The position numbers and the translations under genes were made by a program. The notes beneath the pieces were generated by a model that worked only from the letters and a program-made list of their open reading frames with translations, was not told the origin of the DNA and ran no database searches. Positions 1 to 8,068 of a stretch of 24,833 nt of DNA are shown here, piece after piece (positions within the stretch are counted from its first letter, which is position 1; each line of letters opens with the position of its first letter). Source of the stretch: a virus (Duplodnaviria; Caudoviricetes); IMG/VR virus record IMGVR_UViG_3300037484_000262, positions 1-24,833 of that record. One strand, written 5' to 3'.

Positions 1-2
1 GT

Positions 3-758
3 CGCGCTGTCGGCGAAGCCCTCTTTCCCGAGAAGTGGCCCGCCCAAGAACTGGCAAAGAAACGGGCTCGCACGCTCGAGTTCACTTGGCAAGCCCTCTT
101 TCAGGGCCACCCGCGCCCATTGGGCGGCAAGATCTTCCACGAGCCCACCTGGTACACCAAGCTTCCGACGGTCTACAGCGGAATCTACGGCTTAGATCTC
201 GCGTGCACAGCGAAGACAAGTTCAGACTGGTCGGTGTGCGTCGAGCTCTGGCGCGAAGAGCGCAAGGGCCAGGAGCCGCTCTACTACGTCGTGCACGTCG
301 ACCGAGCTCAGATCGAGGCCCCTGATTATGCCCTCACGCTGAAGGCTCGCCACGTCAAGCGGCCTGACTTTAAGATGATCTGGCGGGCAGTCGGCATGGA
401 GAAGGGGTCAGCACAGTTCCTGAACCGCGTTTTGTGGGATGGCAAGAGTCCCGAGCGGTCAACCATCAAGGTTCTGAACCCACCCGGAGACAAGCTCGTT
501 AGCGCCACGGGTGTTGCAGCGGCATGGAACGACGGCCGCGTCTTGCTCCCAGACATCGAGACTTTTCCGGCCGAGGAGTCTTGGGTGATTCCTTTCCTCG
601 ACATCGTCCGAGACTTCACCGGCAACGGCAAAGAGCATGACGACGACGTGGACGCGCTCGGCAACGGGTTCGATGCGCTCGAACGAATGGCTAGGAGACC
701 GGTCGACGTTGGCGGCAGCGCAGCGGCTCCAAGTCGCGGCAACGACCGAGTAGTCTGA
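3..758 (+). CDS. terL: Terminase large subunit, C-terminal nuclease part (5' truncated)
   Basis: Frame is open from position 3, earlier than the ORF track start at 120: RAVGEALFPEKWPAQELAKKR..FTWQALFQGHPRP. It continues with YGLDLA and HDDDVDAL, typical acidic motifs of the RNase H-like terminase nuclease domain. Directly precedes the portal. Confidence 0.92.
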   Translation, partial: RAVGEALFPEKWPAQELAKKRARTLEFTWQALFQGHPRPLGGKIFHEPTWYTKLPTVYSGIYGLDLACTAKTSSDWSVCVELWREERKGQEPLYYVVHVDRAQIEAPDYALTLKARHVKRPDFKMIWRAVGMEKGSAQFLNRVLWDGKSPERSTIKVLNPPGDKLVSATGVAAAWNDGRVLLPDIETFPAEESWVIPFLDIVRDFTGNGKEHDDDVDALGNGFDALERMARRPVDVGGSAAAPSRGNDRVV

Positions 759-2524
759 TGCCGGACGACACCGAGACCAAGAAACCAGCGAAGCGCCGCG
801 CTGGCGCTGTTGCGTCGTTCCGGGAGCCCAAGTCAAGGACGACCGTCGGGTGGACTCCGTCGCTGATCCGCTCAGCCGAGCGGCAGTCAGATGGCGGCTA
901 TCTGATGCTTGCCGCGGACCTCGTCACCACCATGCTGGGCGACGACCGGCTCCGGGGCGTTACGGAAACCCTGGGCGGAGTGTGCTCGCTGCCCATGTTG
1001 TTCGAGCCGGGGAGCAGAGGCGTCGATCCAGAGTCAGACCCGGCGTGCCAGGCTCTGAAAGAGGGCGACTGGTGGCAGCTTCTTCCGGAGAGCACGCAAG
1101 CCGAGATTGTGGTTTGGGGTCGGCTGCTCGGGGTCGCGGTCTGCTGCGTCACGGAGTGGAAGACGGACGACGAGACGGGGCGCGTGTTCCCGGTCGTCGA
1201 TGTCTGGTCCCCTCGGTGGGCGCACTGGAACGAGGACACGTCAGAGTGGGAGATCACGACTGCGACGGGCGTCGTCAAAACCAAGGGAAACGATGGCACC
1301 TGGCTCATCTTTACAGCGTACCGCAAGACGAAAGGCTGGCATGTCGCGCCGTGGCGTGGGCTTTCCCGGCTCTGGCTGCTCAAGCAGCTGGCGCTCGTCG
1401 ATTGGCCCGACGACAGCGACAAGCACACGCAGGCAAAACGCATCATCGAGCGATCGGACTTCACCGTCGACCCCGGGGGTGAACTCGTCTGCCCGATGCT
1501 GACAAACGAAGAGGGCCGGAAGCTTGCCGCCGAGATCAACTCGATTGGAAGGTCGGGCACCATCAAGCTTCCAGACGGATACCGGGCATCGCTCCTGGAG
1601 AGCACCGGCAAGTCGAGTGACGTCTACGAGCGGCAGATCAATCTCACGAACACGGCCTACGCCATCACGATGCTCGGTCAGAACCTGAGCACCGAGGTCA
1701 CGGCCGGAGCGTATGCCTCGACGTCGATCCACAACCTGGTGAAGCAGGACAGAATCCGCGCCGTCGCCGAGTGGATGACGACATCCACCCATGAGCAGCT
1801 GCTGCCGTGGTGGACCGACTACAACTTCGGCAACGTCCGGACTCCGTGGGCAAAGTACGACACAACTCCCCCGTCTGACGCGAAGGCGGAGGCCGACAGG
1901 CTCGCCATCGTGGCTTCTGCCATTGGCTCGTTCACCAACGCCAACGTGCCTCTCGACCTGGAGCAGGTCGGGACGAAGTACGATATCCCGATCGACGTCA
2001 AGGCAGCGGCCGACGTCCAGCAGGCGCAGCTCTTCCAGTACCACCTGACCTTTGGGTTGCTGACCATCAATGAGGCCCGGACGAGGTGGCTGCGGCTTCC
2101 ACCTATTAAGGGCGGCGACGTCATACCGGTTCCGCAGCAGGCAGGCCCCGGAGACCCTGGAGCTCAAGCCATGAGACCATTCAGCCTTTCGTCTACCCAT
2201 GCGCTCGCAGCGCGTGCCGAGAAGGACGCCGACAAGGCCCTCGAGCAGGGAAACGACTACATCGACGGCCTGCAGGAGAACGCCATCGCTGACGCCTCCA
2301 AGGTTTTGCGTCCGTCGGTCGACGACCTCGTGGCCCTCGTGAAGAAGACAGGTGCAGAGGAAGCCGAGACCGAGGAGCAGAGGGTCGCAGCGCTGAAGCG
2401 GCTCCGGGCCGCCGTGCTCGAGCAGTACGATGAACTCGACCCGCTGGTCTTCGCCGACACGGTGCAGCGCGTTGAGATGCTGGCCAGCATGGCTGGTGCG
2501 TACTCGGTGACGGCTGAGATCTAG
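758..2524 (+). CDS. Portal protein (DUF935 / Mu gp29-like), 588 aa
   Basis: Position after TerL; size; segment YAITMLGQNLSTEVTAGAYASTSIHNLVKQD resembles the DUF935 'ILGQTLTT..GS.A...VH..VR.D' pattern; Mu-like helical C-terminus. Confidence 0.88.
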   Translation: MPDDTETKKPAKRRAGAVASFREPKSRTTVGWTPSLIRSAERQSDGGYLMLAADLVTTMLGDDRLRGVTETLGGVCSLPMLFEPGSRGVDPESDPACQALKEGDWWQLLPESTQAEIVVWGRLLGVAVCCVTEWKTDDETGRVFPVVDVWSPRWAHWNEDTSEWEITTATGVVKTKGNDGTWLIFTAYRKTKGWHVAPWRGLSRLWLLKQLALVDWPDDSDKHTQAKRIIERSDFTVDPGGELVCPMLTNEEGRKLAAEINSIGRSGTIKLPDGYRASLLESTGKSSDVYERQINLTNTAYAITMLGQNLSTEVTAGAYASTSIHNLVKQDRIRAVAEWMTTSTHEQLLPWWTDYNFGNVRTPWAKYDTTPPSDAKAEADRLAIVASAIGSFTNANVPLDLEQVGTKYDIPIDVKAAADVQQAQLFQYHLTFGLLTINEARTRWLRLPPIKGGDVIPVPQQAGPGDPGAQAMRPFSLSSTHALAARAEKDADKALEQGNDYIDGLQENAIADASKVLRPSVDDLVALVKKTGAEEAETEEQRVAALKRLRAAVLEQYDELDPLVFADTVQRVEMLASMAGAYSVTAEI

Positions 2525-2531
2525 GACTCAA

Positions 2532-2599
2532 GGCCCGGAGCATCCAGGGTACCCCAAGTTGTAGGCGGCTAGCTACCGCTGAAGGGATGTTCCGGAGCC
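2532..2599 (+). other. Predicted branched RNA stem-loop in the intergenic region after the portal gene
   Basis: CCGGAGCATCC (2535-2545) pairs with GGATGTTCCGG (2585-2595) with one G-U, extended by GGC/GCC across a bulged A. It encloses small hairpins GGG-TAC-CCC and GCGG-CTAGCTA-CCGC. Confidence 0.5.
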
Positions 2600-2637
2600 G
2601 CGAGAATAAGGGCAACCGAACAACGGAGTAGGATCCG

Positions 2638-2961
2638 ATGAAAATGCTCGATCTGTATTTGAATGTCAAGACGGCTCTGGCAATCACCCAAGGTGGTCTT
2701 GGTCACTTGAGTCTCAAGGACTTTGGAGATCTTGCGAAGAAAACCAGGCCGTTCAACCAGGAGCACAGTCACGAGACCATTCTCGCCGAGGCTCTCGAAC
2801 TTGGATTCGAGAACCATCGAGCTGCGGTCATTGAGGACGCGAGCAAGTGGTTGTTCGATCAGGAAAGGATCACCGCGCTCGAAGTCGTTGGGTTCCTGAA
2901 GCAGATCCAAGCCGACGCGCAGGTGAGCGCGGTGCCGCCAGTGCCAATGCCCGGAGCCTAG
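2638..2961 (+). CDS. Hypothetical protein, 107 aa
   Basis: ATG preceded by GGAGTAGG; protein-like helical composition; fills the gap between portal and MuF. Confidence 0.7.
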   Translation: MKMLDLYLNVKTALAITQGGLGHLSLKDFGDLAKKTRPFNQEHSHETILAEALELGFENHRAAVIEDASKWLFDQERITALEVVGFLKQIQADAQVSAVPPVPMPGA

Positions 2962-2971
2962 CGACAGCTGA

Positions 2972-3058
2972 ATGACTCCCGAGGAGCGCTTCTGGTTTTG
3001 GATCGCGATCACCTACGGGTGCTCTGTGCTCATCCTCGGACTGTGGGCGGTGCTGTGA
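2972..3058 (+). CDS. Small single-pass membrane peptide, 28 aa (MTPEERFWFWIAITYGCSVLILGLWAVL)
   Basis: Translated by hand (below the ORF track cutoff). One long hydrophobic run; its TGA abuts the GTG of the MuF gene at 3059. Confidence 0.55.
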   Translation: MTPEERFWFWIAITYGCSVLILGLWAVL

Positions 3059-4675
3059 GTGGCCTGGAAAGTCTCCGACGACCCCGACAAATTCGAGGAG
3101 GCCCTCGAGTGGTTCCGGGCCCGCACGCCGATGTCGGCCCGGATGTTCTACGCGCTCGACGCGGTGGCGCGGGACAAGGCCTTCACGGTCAGCCACGTCG
3201 CCCAGATGGACGTGGTCCAGTCGGTGCTCGGCGCGATCGACAAGGCCATCGAGTCGGGGCAGGACCTACGGCAATTCTCGGCTGAAATCGGCGACAAGCT
3301 CAAGGCCGCGTGGAAGGGCAGCGTCGGAAACCCGGCGAACAGAATTGAGGTCATATTCCGGACCAACACGGCCTCGGCGTTCTCACGGGGCCGCCAGCTC
3401 CAGATGGACTCGCCGGTCGTCTCGGCGGTTCGCCCGTGGCGGCTGTTTGACGACACAAGGGACGCTCGCGAGTCCGACATCTGCGAGGCCGCAGGCGGCA
3501 CCATCGTTCGATTCGACGACCCCTGGCTCAACGACCACACCCCGCCGCTGCACCAGCAGTGCCGCTCGAATCTCCGGGCCATGCGAGAGGAGCAGGCGCG
3601 CCGGCAGAAGGACTGGGGCAAGGCTCCACCGAAGACTACGGCCGCTGAAGGATTCGGCGTCAAGCCCACGATGGGCAACATCCTGACGACGCGGCTCAAG
3701 CCGGACTACGCCAAGTACGACACCGCTCTCGCGGCAAAGGCGAAGCTCAAGGAAAAGAAGCTCAGGCCGAAGACGCTCAAACCAACCGAGGGACCCGCGC
3801 GAACACAGCCCGAGTTCTGGGTCAAGGAATTCGAGAAGAAGTATCCCCGAGAAGTCGCCGAGACGATGGCCTATGGCCGAGCTGCGGAAGAGCGGGGGCG
3901 ATCGCTGCAGCTAGACGCGCTCGCGGGTGGGTTCAATCAGGTGCAGCACCTAGCAGACCAGCGGGCCCAGTCACAGCTCAAGAAAGCGCGTGGGCTGGTC
4001 CCGAAAGCCAAGACCGTTGGTGACCTACTTGACGGGCTTGATGCCGTTATCAAAAACTCGAAGAACGACATCGAGCGACTCGCTGACGCCACGGCAGCGC
4101 GCGAGACGCTGCGCGCCGTCTCGGCGCTGAAGGAACACCAGCGTACCGCAGGGAACGCTATCCCTGGCGTGACTGTAGCGGACAACGACAATCCGAGCCA
4201 GAGGCAGCGAGCGGCGAGAGAAGCGGCCGCAGGAGAGTCACTTAGATGGCTCCGTAAGTCCCTGGGCGCGAATGTCTCTGTGAGGCCACAGAGGGTCCAA
4301 TACACCACGGGTCGCTCATCCTACCGACCAGATATCATTGAGTGGGCGCAAAGCAGTTCTTTGGTCCATGAGTGGGGGCACAAGCTCGAAGAGGATAACC
4401 CGGCAGTAGGTAGGAGAGCGAAACGTTTCTTGGCGGCGAGAACCGCAGGAAAGTCGCCCAAGAGACTGGCCGAAATCTACGGAAACAAAGGCTACGAGGC
4501 CAGCGAGGTGGCGGTCGAGGACAGCTTTATCGAGCCCTACATGGGCAAACAATACTCGGGCCCATACAGCGAGATCACCTCGATGGGTCTTCAGTTGATG
4601 TTCGAGAACTACGGTGCGCGACTCCTGGCCAACGACCCCGAGTATTTCTGGTTCATTCTAGGGCAAATGGCGTGA
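3059..4675 (+). CDS. MuF (Mu gp30 / SPP1 gp7-like) head morphogenesis protein with C-terminal HExxH zinc-metallopeptidase-like extension, 538 aa
   Basis: N-terminal MuF motifs: AFTVSHV, RIEVIFRTN..AFSRGR, D.W..HTPPLHQQCRS. C-terminal LVHEWGHKLE (4367-4381) and downstream YSEITSMG. Confidence 0.88.
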   Translation: MAWKVSDDPDKFEEALEWFRARTPMSARMFYALDAVARDKAFTVSHVAQMDVVQSVLGAIDKAIESGQDLRQFSAEIGDKLKAAWKGSVGNPANRIEVIFRTNTASAFSRGRQLQMDSPVVSAVRPWRLFDDTRDARESDICEAAGGTIVRFDDPWLNDHTPPLHQQCRSNLRAMREEQARRQKDWGKAPPKTTAAEGFGVKPTMGNILTTRLKPDYAKYDTALAAKAKLKEKKLRPKTLKPTEGPARTQPEFWVKEFEKKYPREVAETMAYGRAAEERGRSLQLDALAGGFNQVQHLADQRAQSQLKKARGLVPKAKTVGDLLDGLDAVIKNSKNDIERLADATAARETLRAVSALKEHQRTAGNAIPGVTVADNDNPSQRQRAAREAAAGESLRWLRKSLGANVSVRPQRVQYTTGRSSYRPDIIEWAQSSSLVHEWGHKLEEDNPAVGRRAKRFLAARTAGKSPKRLAEIYGNKGYEASEVAVEDSFIEPYMGKQYSGPYSEITSMGLQLMFENYGARLLANDPEYFWFILGQMA

Positions 4676-4956
4676 CGTGGACGTTCAGCGACGGCACCGA
4701 AGTGGACCTCGGAGTGAAGGTGCGCGGGTCGTCTGCGTTCGCCAATGCGCTACGCGCAGACCTGAAGATTGGCGTAGACGTGAGGGTCGGCCCGGTACCG
4801 GCTGAGATCACAGAGCTCGACCAGGACGACGAGCAGCAAGTCGCGCGGTGGCTGACCGACATGGCTCGAATTCACCGAGTGAGAATCTCATCCGGACCAG
4901 AGCCTGAGCCAGCGAAGTCGAGCCCATCAATCACAGGCGCTGAGCGCGTCTACTGA
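4672..4956 (+). CDS. Hypothetical protein, 94 aa; candidate immunity/partner of the MuF extension
   Basis: GTGA overlap with the MuF stop codon; sits between MuF and protease. Function inferred from position only. Confidence 0.65.
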   Translation: MTWTFSDGTEVDLGVKVRGSSAFANALRADLKIGVDVRVGPVPAEITELDQDDEQQVARWLTDMARIHRVRISSGPEPEPAKSSPSITGAERVY

Positions 4957-4967
4957 GCGAGGACACA

Positions 4968-6323
4968 ATGACCAAGTCCCCTGTGCTTGCCTTCGCGGCG
5001 AGAGCGGAGAAGAGCAAGCCGCGCACCCTGCAGGTGCTGATCTACGACGAGATCGGCGATACCGGCTGGGGCGACGGTTTCACGGCCAAGCAGCTCCGCG
5101 GGGAGCTGAAGAAGGCTGGCGAGATCGACGTCATCAACCTGCGCATCAACTCGCCCGGCGGAATCACGACCGACGGTTTCGCCATCTACAACGCGCTGCG
5201 CGAGCATCCGGCGCGGGTTGAAGTGGACATCGACGGCAACGCTTCGTCCATGGCCTCTGTCATCGCGCAAGCGGGCGACGTCCGCCGCATGGCGAACAAC
5301 GCCGAGATGATGATTCACGAGGCGAAGGTGCCGATCATGGGCTTCGTGTCGGCCGGAAAGCTTCGCTCTCTTGCTGAGCACGTCGACGTCATCAACGGCA
5401 ACATCGCATCGATCTACGTGACGGCGACGAAGCGCGACGAGGACGAGATCCGCCAGTGGATGGCGGATGAAACCTTCATGAGCGCCGAGACCGCCAAAGA
5501 ACGCGGGTTCGTTGACGAGGTTACGGCAGCTGGAGCGAAGGCCGCAGCGAAGGCCTGGAGTTGGCTAGACGAAGCGAAGGGGATCTACCGCTGGGCGGAT
5601 GAACTGCCGCCAGTCCCGGAAGCAGTCGCCGCAGCGGTAGCCGTCGTCGCACCCATTCCGGCCGAGCCAGCGGCTCCCATCGAGCTGCCGCCGGTCGAAC
5701 CCAAACCTGTACAGCAGCAATTGCCACTGGTGGCGATGCTGCCAACTCAAGCCCCGGCTACGCCCGGGCGAAAGGTAGCCATGGACATGAGAGCAATCGC
5801 CTCGGCACTTCAACTCGGGGCAGAAGCAGACGGTCCCGCCGTGCTGGCGGCCGTTGAGCGAACGGTCAAGGAACGAAACGAAGCCATCGCGCAGCGGAAC
5901 GCCCTACTGCAATCCGCTGGCGTCACGACCGTCGAAGAGGGCGTCGGGCTCATCACGGCCGGAGTCGCCGCGCTCGACAACAGCCGGGCTCTGGCGGCTC
6001 GCGTTGAGGGCCTCGAAAAAGCAGCCGAGGACCAGAAGCGCGCCGACATCATCGGCCGCATCAAGGCCGACGGCAAGTGCACGCCTGCCATGGAGATCAG
6101 CGTCTTCCCCGCGATGAGCACCGCGGCCCTCGAGCACTTCGAGAAGAGCGCGCCTCGCGTGATCGGCAAGACCGGTATCCGTGAGCCCGCACGCGGAAGC
6201 AACCCCGACGTTCTCCCGACGTGGAACGGCAAGACCTGGGAGCAAATGAAGCCGCTGGAGCGATACCAGCTCGGGCGCGAAAACCTCGACCTCTTCAACG
6301 CGATGCGCGAGTGCGCTCGCTAA
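4968..6323 (+). CDS. ClpP-like (S14) prohead protease fused to scaffold domain, 451 aa
   Basis: LIYDEIG, INSPGG..DGFAIYNAL, DGNASSMASVIA (Ser), MMIHE (His), ETFMSAETAKERGFVDEV; then Pro-rich linker and helical C-terminus. GAGGA upstream. Confidence 0.93.
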   Translation: MTKSPVLAFAARAEKSKPRTLQVLIYDEIGDTGWGDGFTAKQLRGELKKAGEIDVINLRINSPGGITTDGFAIYNALREHPARVEVDIDGNASSMASVIAQAGDVRRMANNAEMMIHEAKVPIMGFVSAGKLRSLAEHVDVINGNIASIYVTATKRDEDEIRQWMADETFMSAETAKERGFVDEVTAAGAKAAAKAWSWLDEAKGIYRWADELPPVPEAVAAAVAVVAPIPAEPAAPIELPPVEPKPVQQQLPLVAMLPTQAPATPGRKVAMDMRAIASALQLGAEADGPAVLAAVERTVKERNEAIAQRNALLQSAGVTTVEEGVGLITAGVAALDNSRALAARVEGLEKAAEDQKRADIIGRIKADGKCTPAMEISVFPAMSTAALEHFEKSAPRVIGKTGIREPARGSNPDVLPTWNGKTWEQMKPLERYQLGRENLDLFNAMRECAR

Positions 6324-6334
6324 CCAACACACAC

Positions 6335-6339
6335 AGGAG
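6335..6339 (+). promoter_or_regulatory. Shine-Dalgarno (AGGAG) with AC-rich leader for the capsid gene
   Basis: AACCAACACACACAGGAG, 10 nt upstream of ATG 6350. Confidence 0.65.
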
Positions 6340-6349
6340 CTAGCGAGCA

Positions 6350-7633
6350 ATGGCAGTTACGCAAAGCACTGATCTGGAACTCGGCAGAGAGATCCTGACT
6401 CAGGAAGTCCGAAGCGTTCTCAAGGGCAAAATGGGCCTGTTGGGAACGGTGCTCGTGTCGAGCGGCGCAGTCGTCGTCAACGGCACGATGCCAGAGAGCG
6501 GGCGCGACGCGATCGGCAAGACAGTCCGAGTCCCCTACTGGGGAAGCCTCGGTGAGTTCGAGGTGCGGACGGAGTCGCAGAGTCCCACGCCCCAAAAGCT
6601 CGGCATGACGTACGAGGACGCAACCGTGGCGCGAGCCTCGTTGGCGTTCGAGACCTCACGGTGGGCACAAGGCCTCGCGGTCGTCAACGGCACCGATGAC
6701 CCGTTTCAGGTGGCGTCAGAGCAGGCCGGCCGCAGCGCACAGCGCGCAATCGACCGTCTGATGCTGACGACCGCCCATGGATCGCCGCTGGTCCGCGCTC
6801 TCTTTAGCGCGACTGTCCCGCACTACCTGACGTACTCCGACCTCATCACGGGCAAGTCCGTGAAGCTCGGCGACGAAGACCAGGACATCGTGGCCGTCTC
6901 GGTCCACAGTCTCGTGGCTGCGGACTGGGCGAACCAGACCGACGCGCTCGGGCGTCCCCTGCTCACCAGCCAGCAGGATGGCACGGTGCAGCGGATTGCG
7001 GGGATTCCGATCATCAAGTCCGATCGGATGCCGCTTGACGGCTCCACGATGGACACCATGGTCGGTCCGTACTCGACCCTTCTGGGAGTCGCTGCGGGCA
7101 CCGGCAGCGCGACGTTCACCATCGCCGTCACGGACGCCACCCAGATGGGCCCGTGGCAGTTGGCACTCGAGGTCATCAGCACCGGCGAGTGCGGTACCGC
7201 CACGATCCGGTTCTCGACCGATGCCGGCAACACCTGGAGCGCAGCGATCACGACTTCGGCGACGGGCGTCGCGACCTCCCTCGAGGACACGGCAGTTGAC
7301 AGCCTGGTCGGCAACAACGGCAAGACGGGCGTCTCGGTGACGTTCACGTCCGGCGCGGGCGATGACCTGGTCGACGGAGAGTTCTACCGGTCCACCGCCA
7401 TCCTGTCCTGTGAGTCGCAGATCTGGCTCCCGGGAGCAGGCGCGTACTGGTACAACGAGGCCGCCCTGGGTCTCGAGACCGACCGCGACATCCTCGAGGA
7501 CACCACGATCGGCGCCATGCATCTGTACGGCGCTCCCATCGTGTACCGTCGTCGTGTTGGCGGAACCCGCCCCGGCGTGCTCCGGTTCACGAGCAACGTT
7601 CACGGCTTCATCGGCGGCGACTGGGCTCTGTAA
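6350..7633 (+). CDS. Major capsid protein (HK97 fold expected) with internal beta-rich insertion, 427 aa
   Basis: Follows the protease; strong RBS; GKTVRVPYWGSLG, DDPFQVASEQ, IAGIPIIKSDRMP and LETDRDILEDTT..HLYG match patterns of N4-gp56-family-like capsid proteins. Confidence 0.88.
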   Translation: MAVTQSTDLELGREILTQEVRSVLKGKMGLLGTVLVSSGAVVVNGTMPESGRDAIGKTVRVPYWGSLGEFEVRTESQSPTPQKLGMTYEDATVARASLAFETSRWAQGLAVVNGTDDPFQVASEQAGRSAQRAIDRLMLTTAHGSPLVRALFSATVPHYLTYSDLITGKSVKLGDEDQDIVAVSVHSLVAADWANQTDALGRPLLTSQQDGTVQRIAGIPIIKSDRMPLDGSTMDTMVGPYSTLLGVAAGTGSATFTIAVTDATQMGPWQLALEVISTGECGTATIRFSTDAGNTWSAAITTSATGVATSLEDTAVDSLVGNNGKTGVSVTFTSGAGDDLVDGEFYRSTAILSCESQIWLPGAGAYWYNEAALGLETDRDILEDTTIGAMHLYGAPIVYRRRVGGTRPGVLRFTSNVHGFIGGDWAL

Positions 7634-7657
7634 GCCCGGGCTCTACCGAGACGAACT

Positions 7658-7702
7658 TGCCAGATCTGTCTGGCAGCCATCAGGGGGCCCTTCGGGGCCC
7701 CC
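7658..7702 (+). other. Tandem hairpins after the capsid gene (possible attenuator or mRNA stabiliser)
   Basis: TGCCAGA-TCTG-TCTGGCA (7658-7675) and GGGGGCCC-TTCG-GGGCCCCC (7683-7702, cUUCGg tetraloop). No U-tract follows. Confidence 0.7.
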
Positions 7703-7732
7703 GCTCTCCTACCCCCACCGGAGCACCCCATC

Positions 7733-8068
7733 ATGGGACTGACGTCTGCAAGGCTGCGTGAGCGGCGACTACATCAACCCGTCGAGCCATCGAAGCCGCG
7801 AGCGCGGACTCCGCAGGAGCACATCGAGAGCCTTCGGGCGGAATGCGTGAAGCTGCGGGCAGAGAATGCTCGGCTGACGCAAGATCTCGCCGAGCTGACG
7901 GCTCCGCCAGTCCCCGAGCCAGTGAAGGCTCCGGAGCGGGCAGCGGAACCCGAGCCTCCTGTTGCGGCGTCAGATCCTCCAGCGCCCGACGTGTACCAGG
8001 CACGGCCCGCGCCTTCTTGGCAGAACAAGACGCCTCCGCAGCAGCCGCCGCGTAAGCACCGTGGCTGA
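7733..8068 (+). CDS. Hypothetical protein with coiled coil and Pro-rich tail, 111 aa
   Basis: GGAG upstream; heptad pattern IESLRAECVKLRAENARLTQDLAEL; Pro-rich C-terminus. Confidence 0.7.
   Translation: MGLTSARLRERRLHQPVEPSKPRARTPQEHIESLRAECVKLRAENARLTQDLAELTAPPVPEPVKAPERAAEPEPPVAASDPPAPDVYQARPAPSWQNKTPPQQPPRKHRG

Noticed and set aside
2532-2599. tRNA or hammerhead ribozyme
   Set aside because: No T-loop GTTCRA in a cloverleaf context and no CCA end; no CUGANGA/GAAA core in the required arrangement.
4968-5560. Host housekeeping clpP
   Set aside because: Lies between MuF and capsid genes and carries a scaffold-like extension; typical phage prohead protease context.
7683-7710. Canonical Rho-independent terminator
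   Set aside because: Strong hairpin but no U-tract on either strand; kept only as a structural element.
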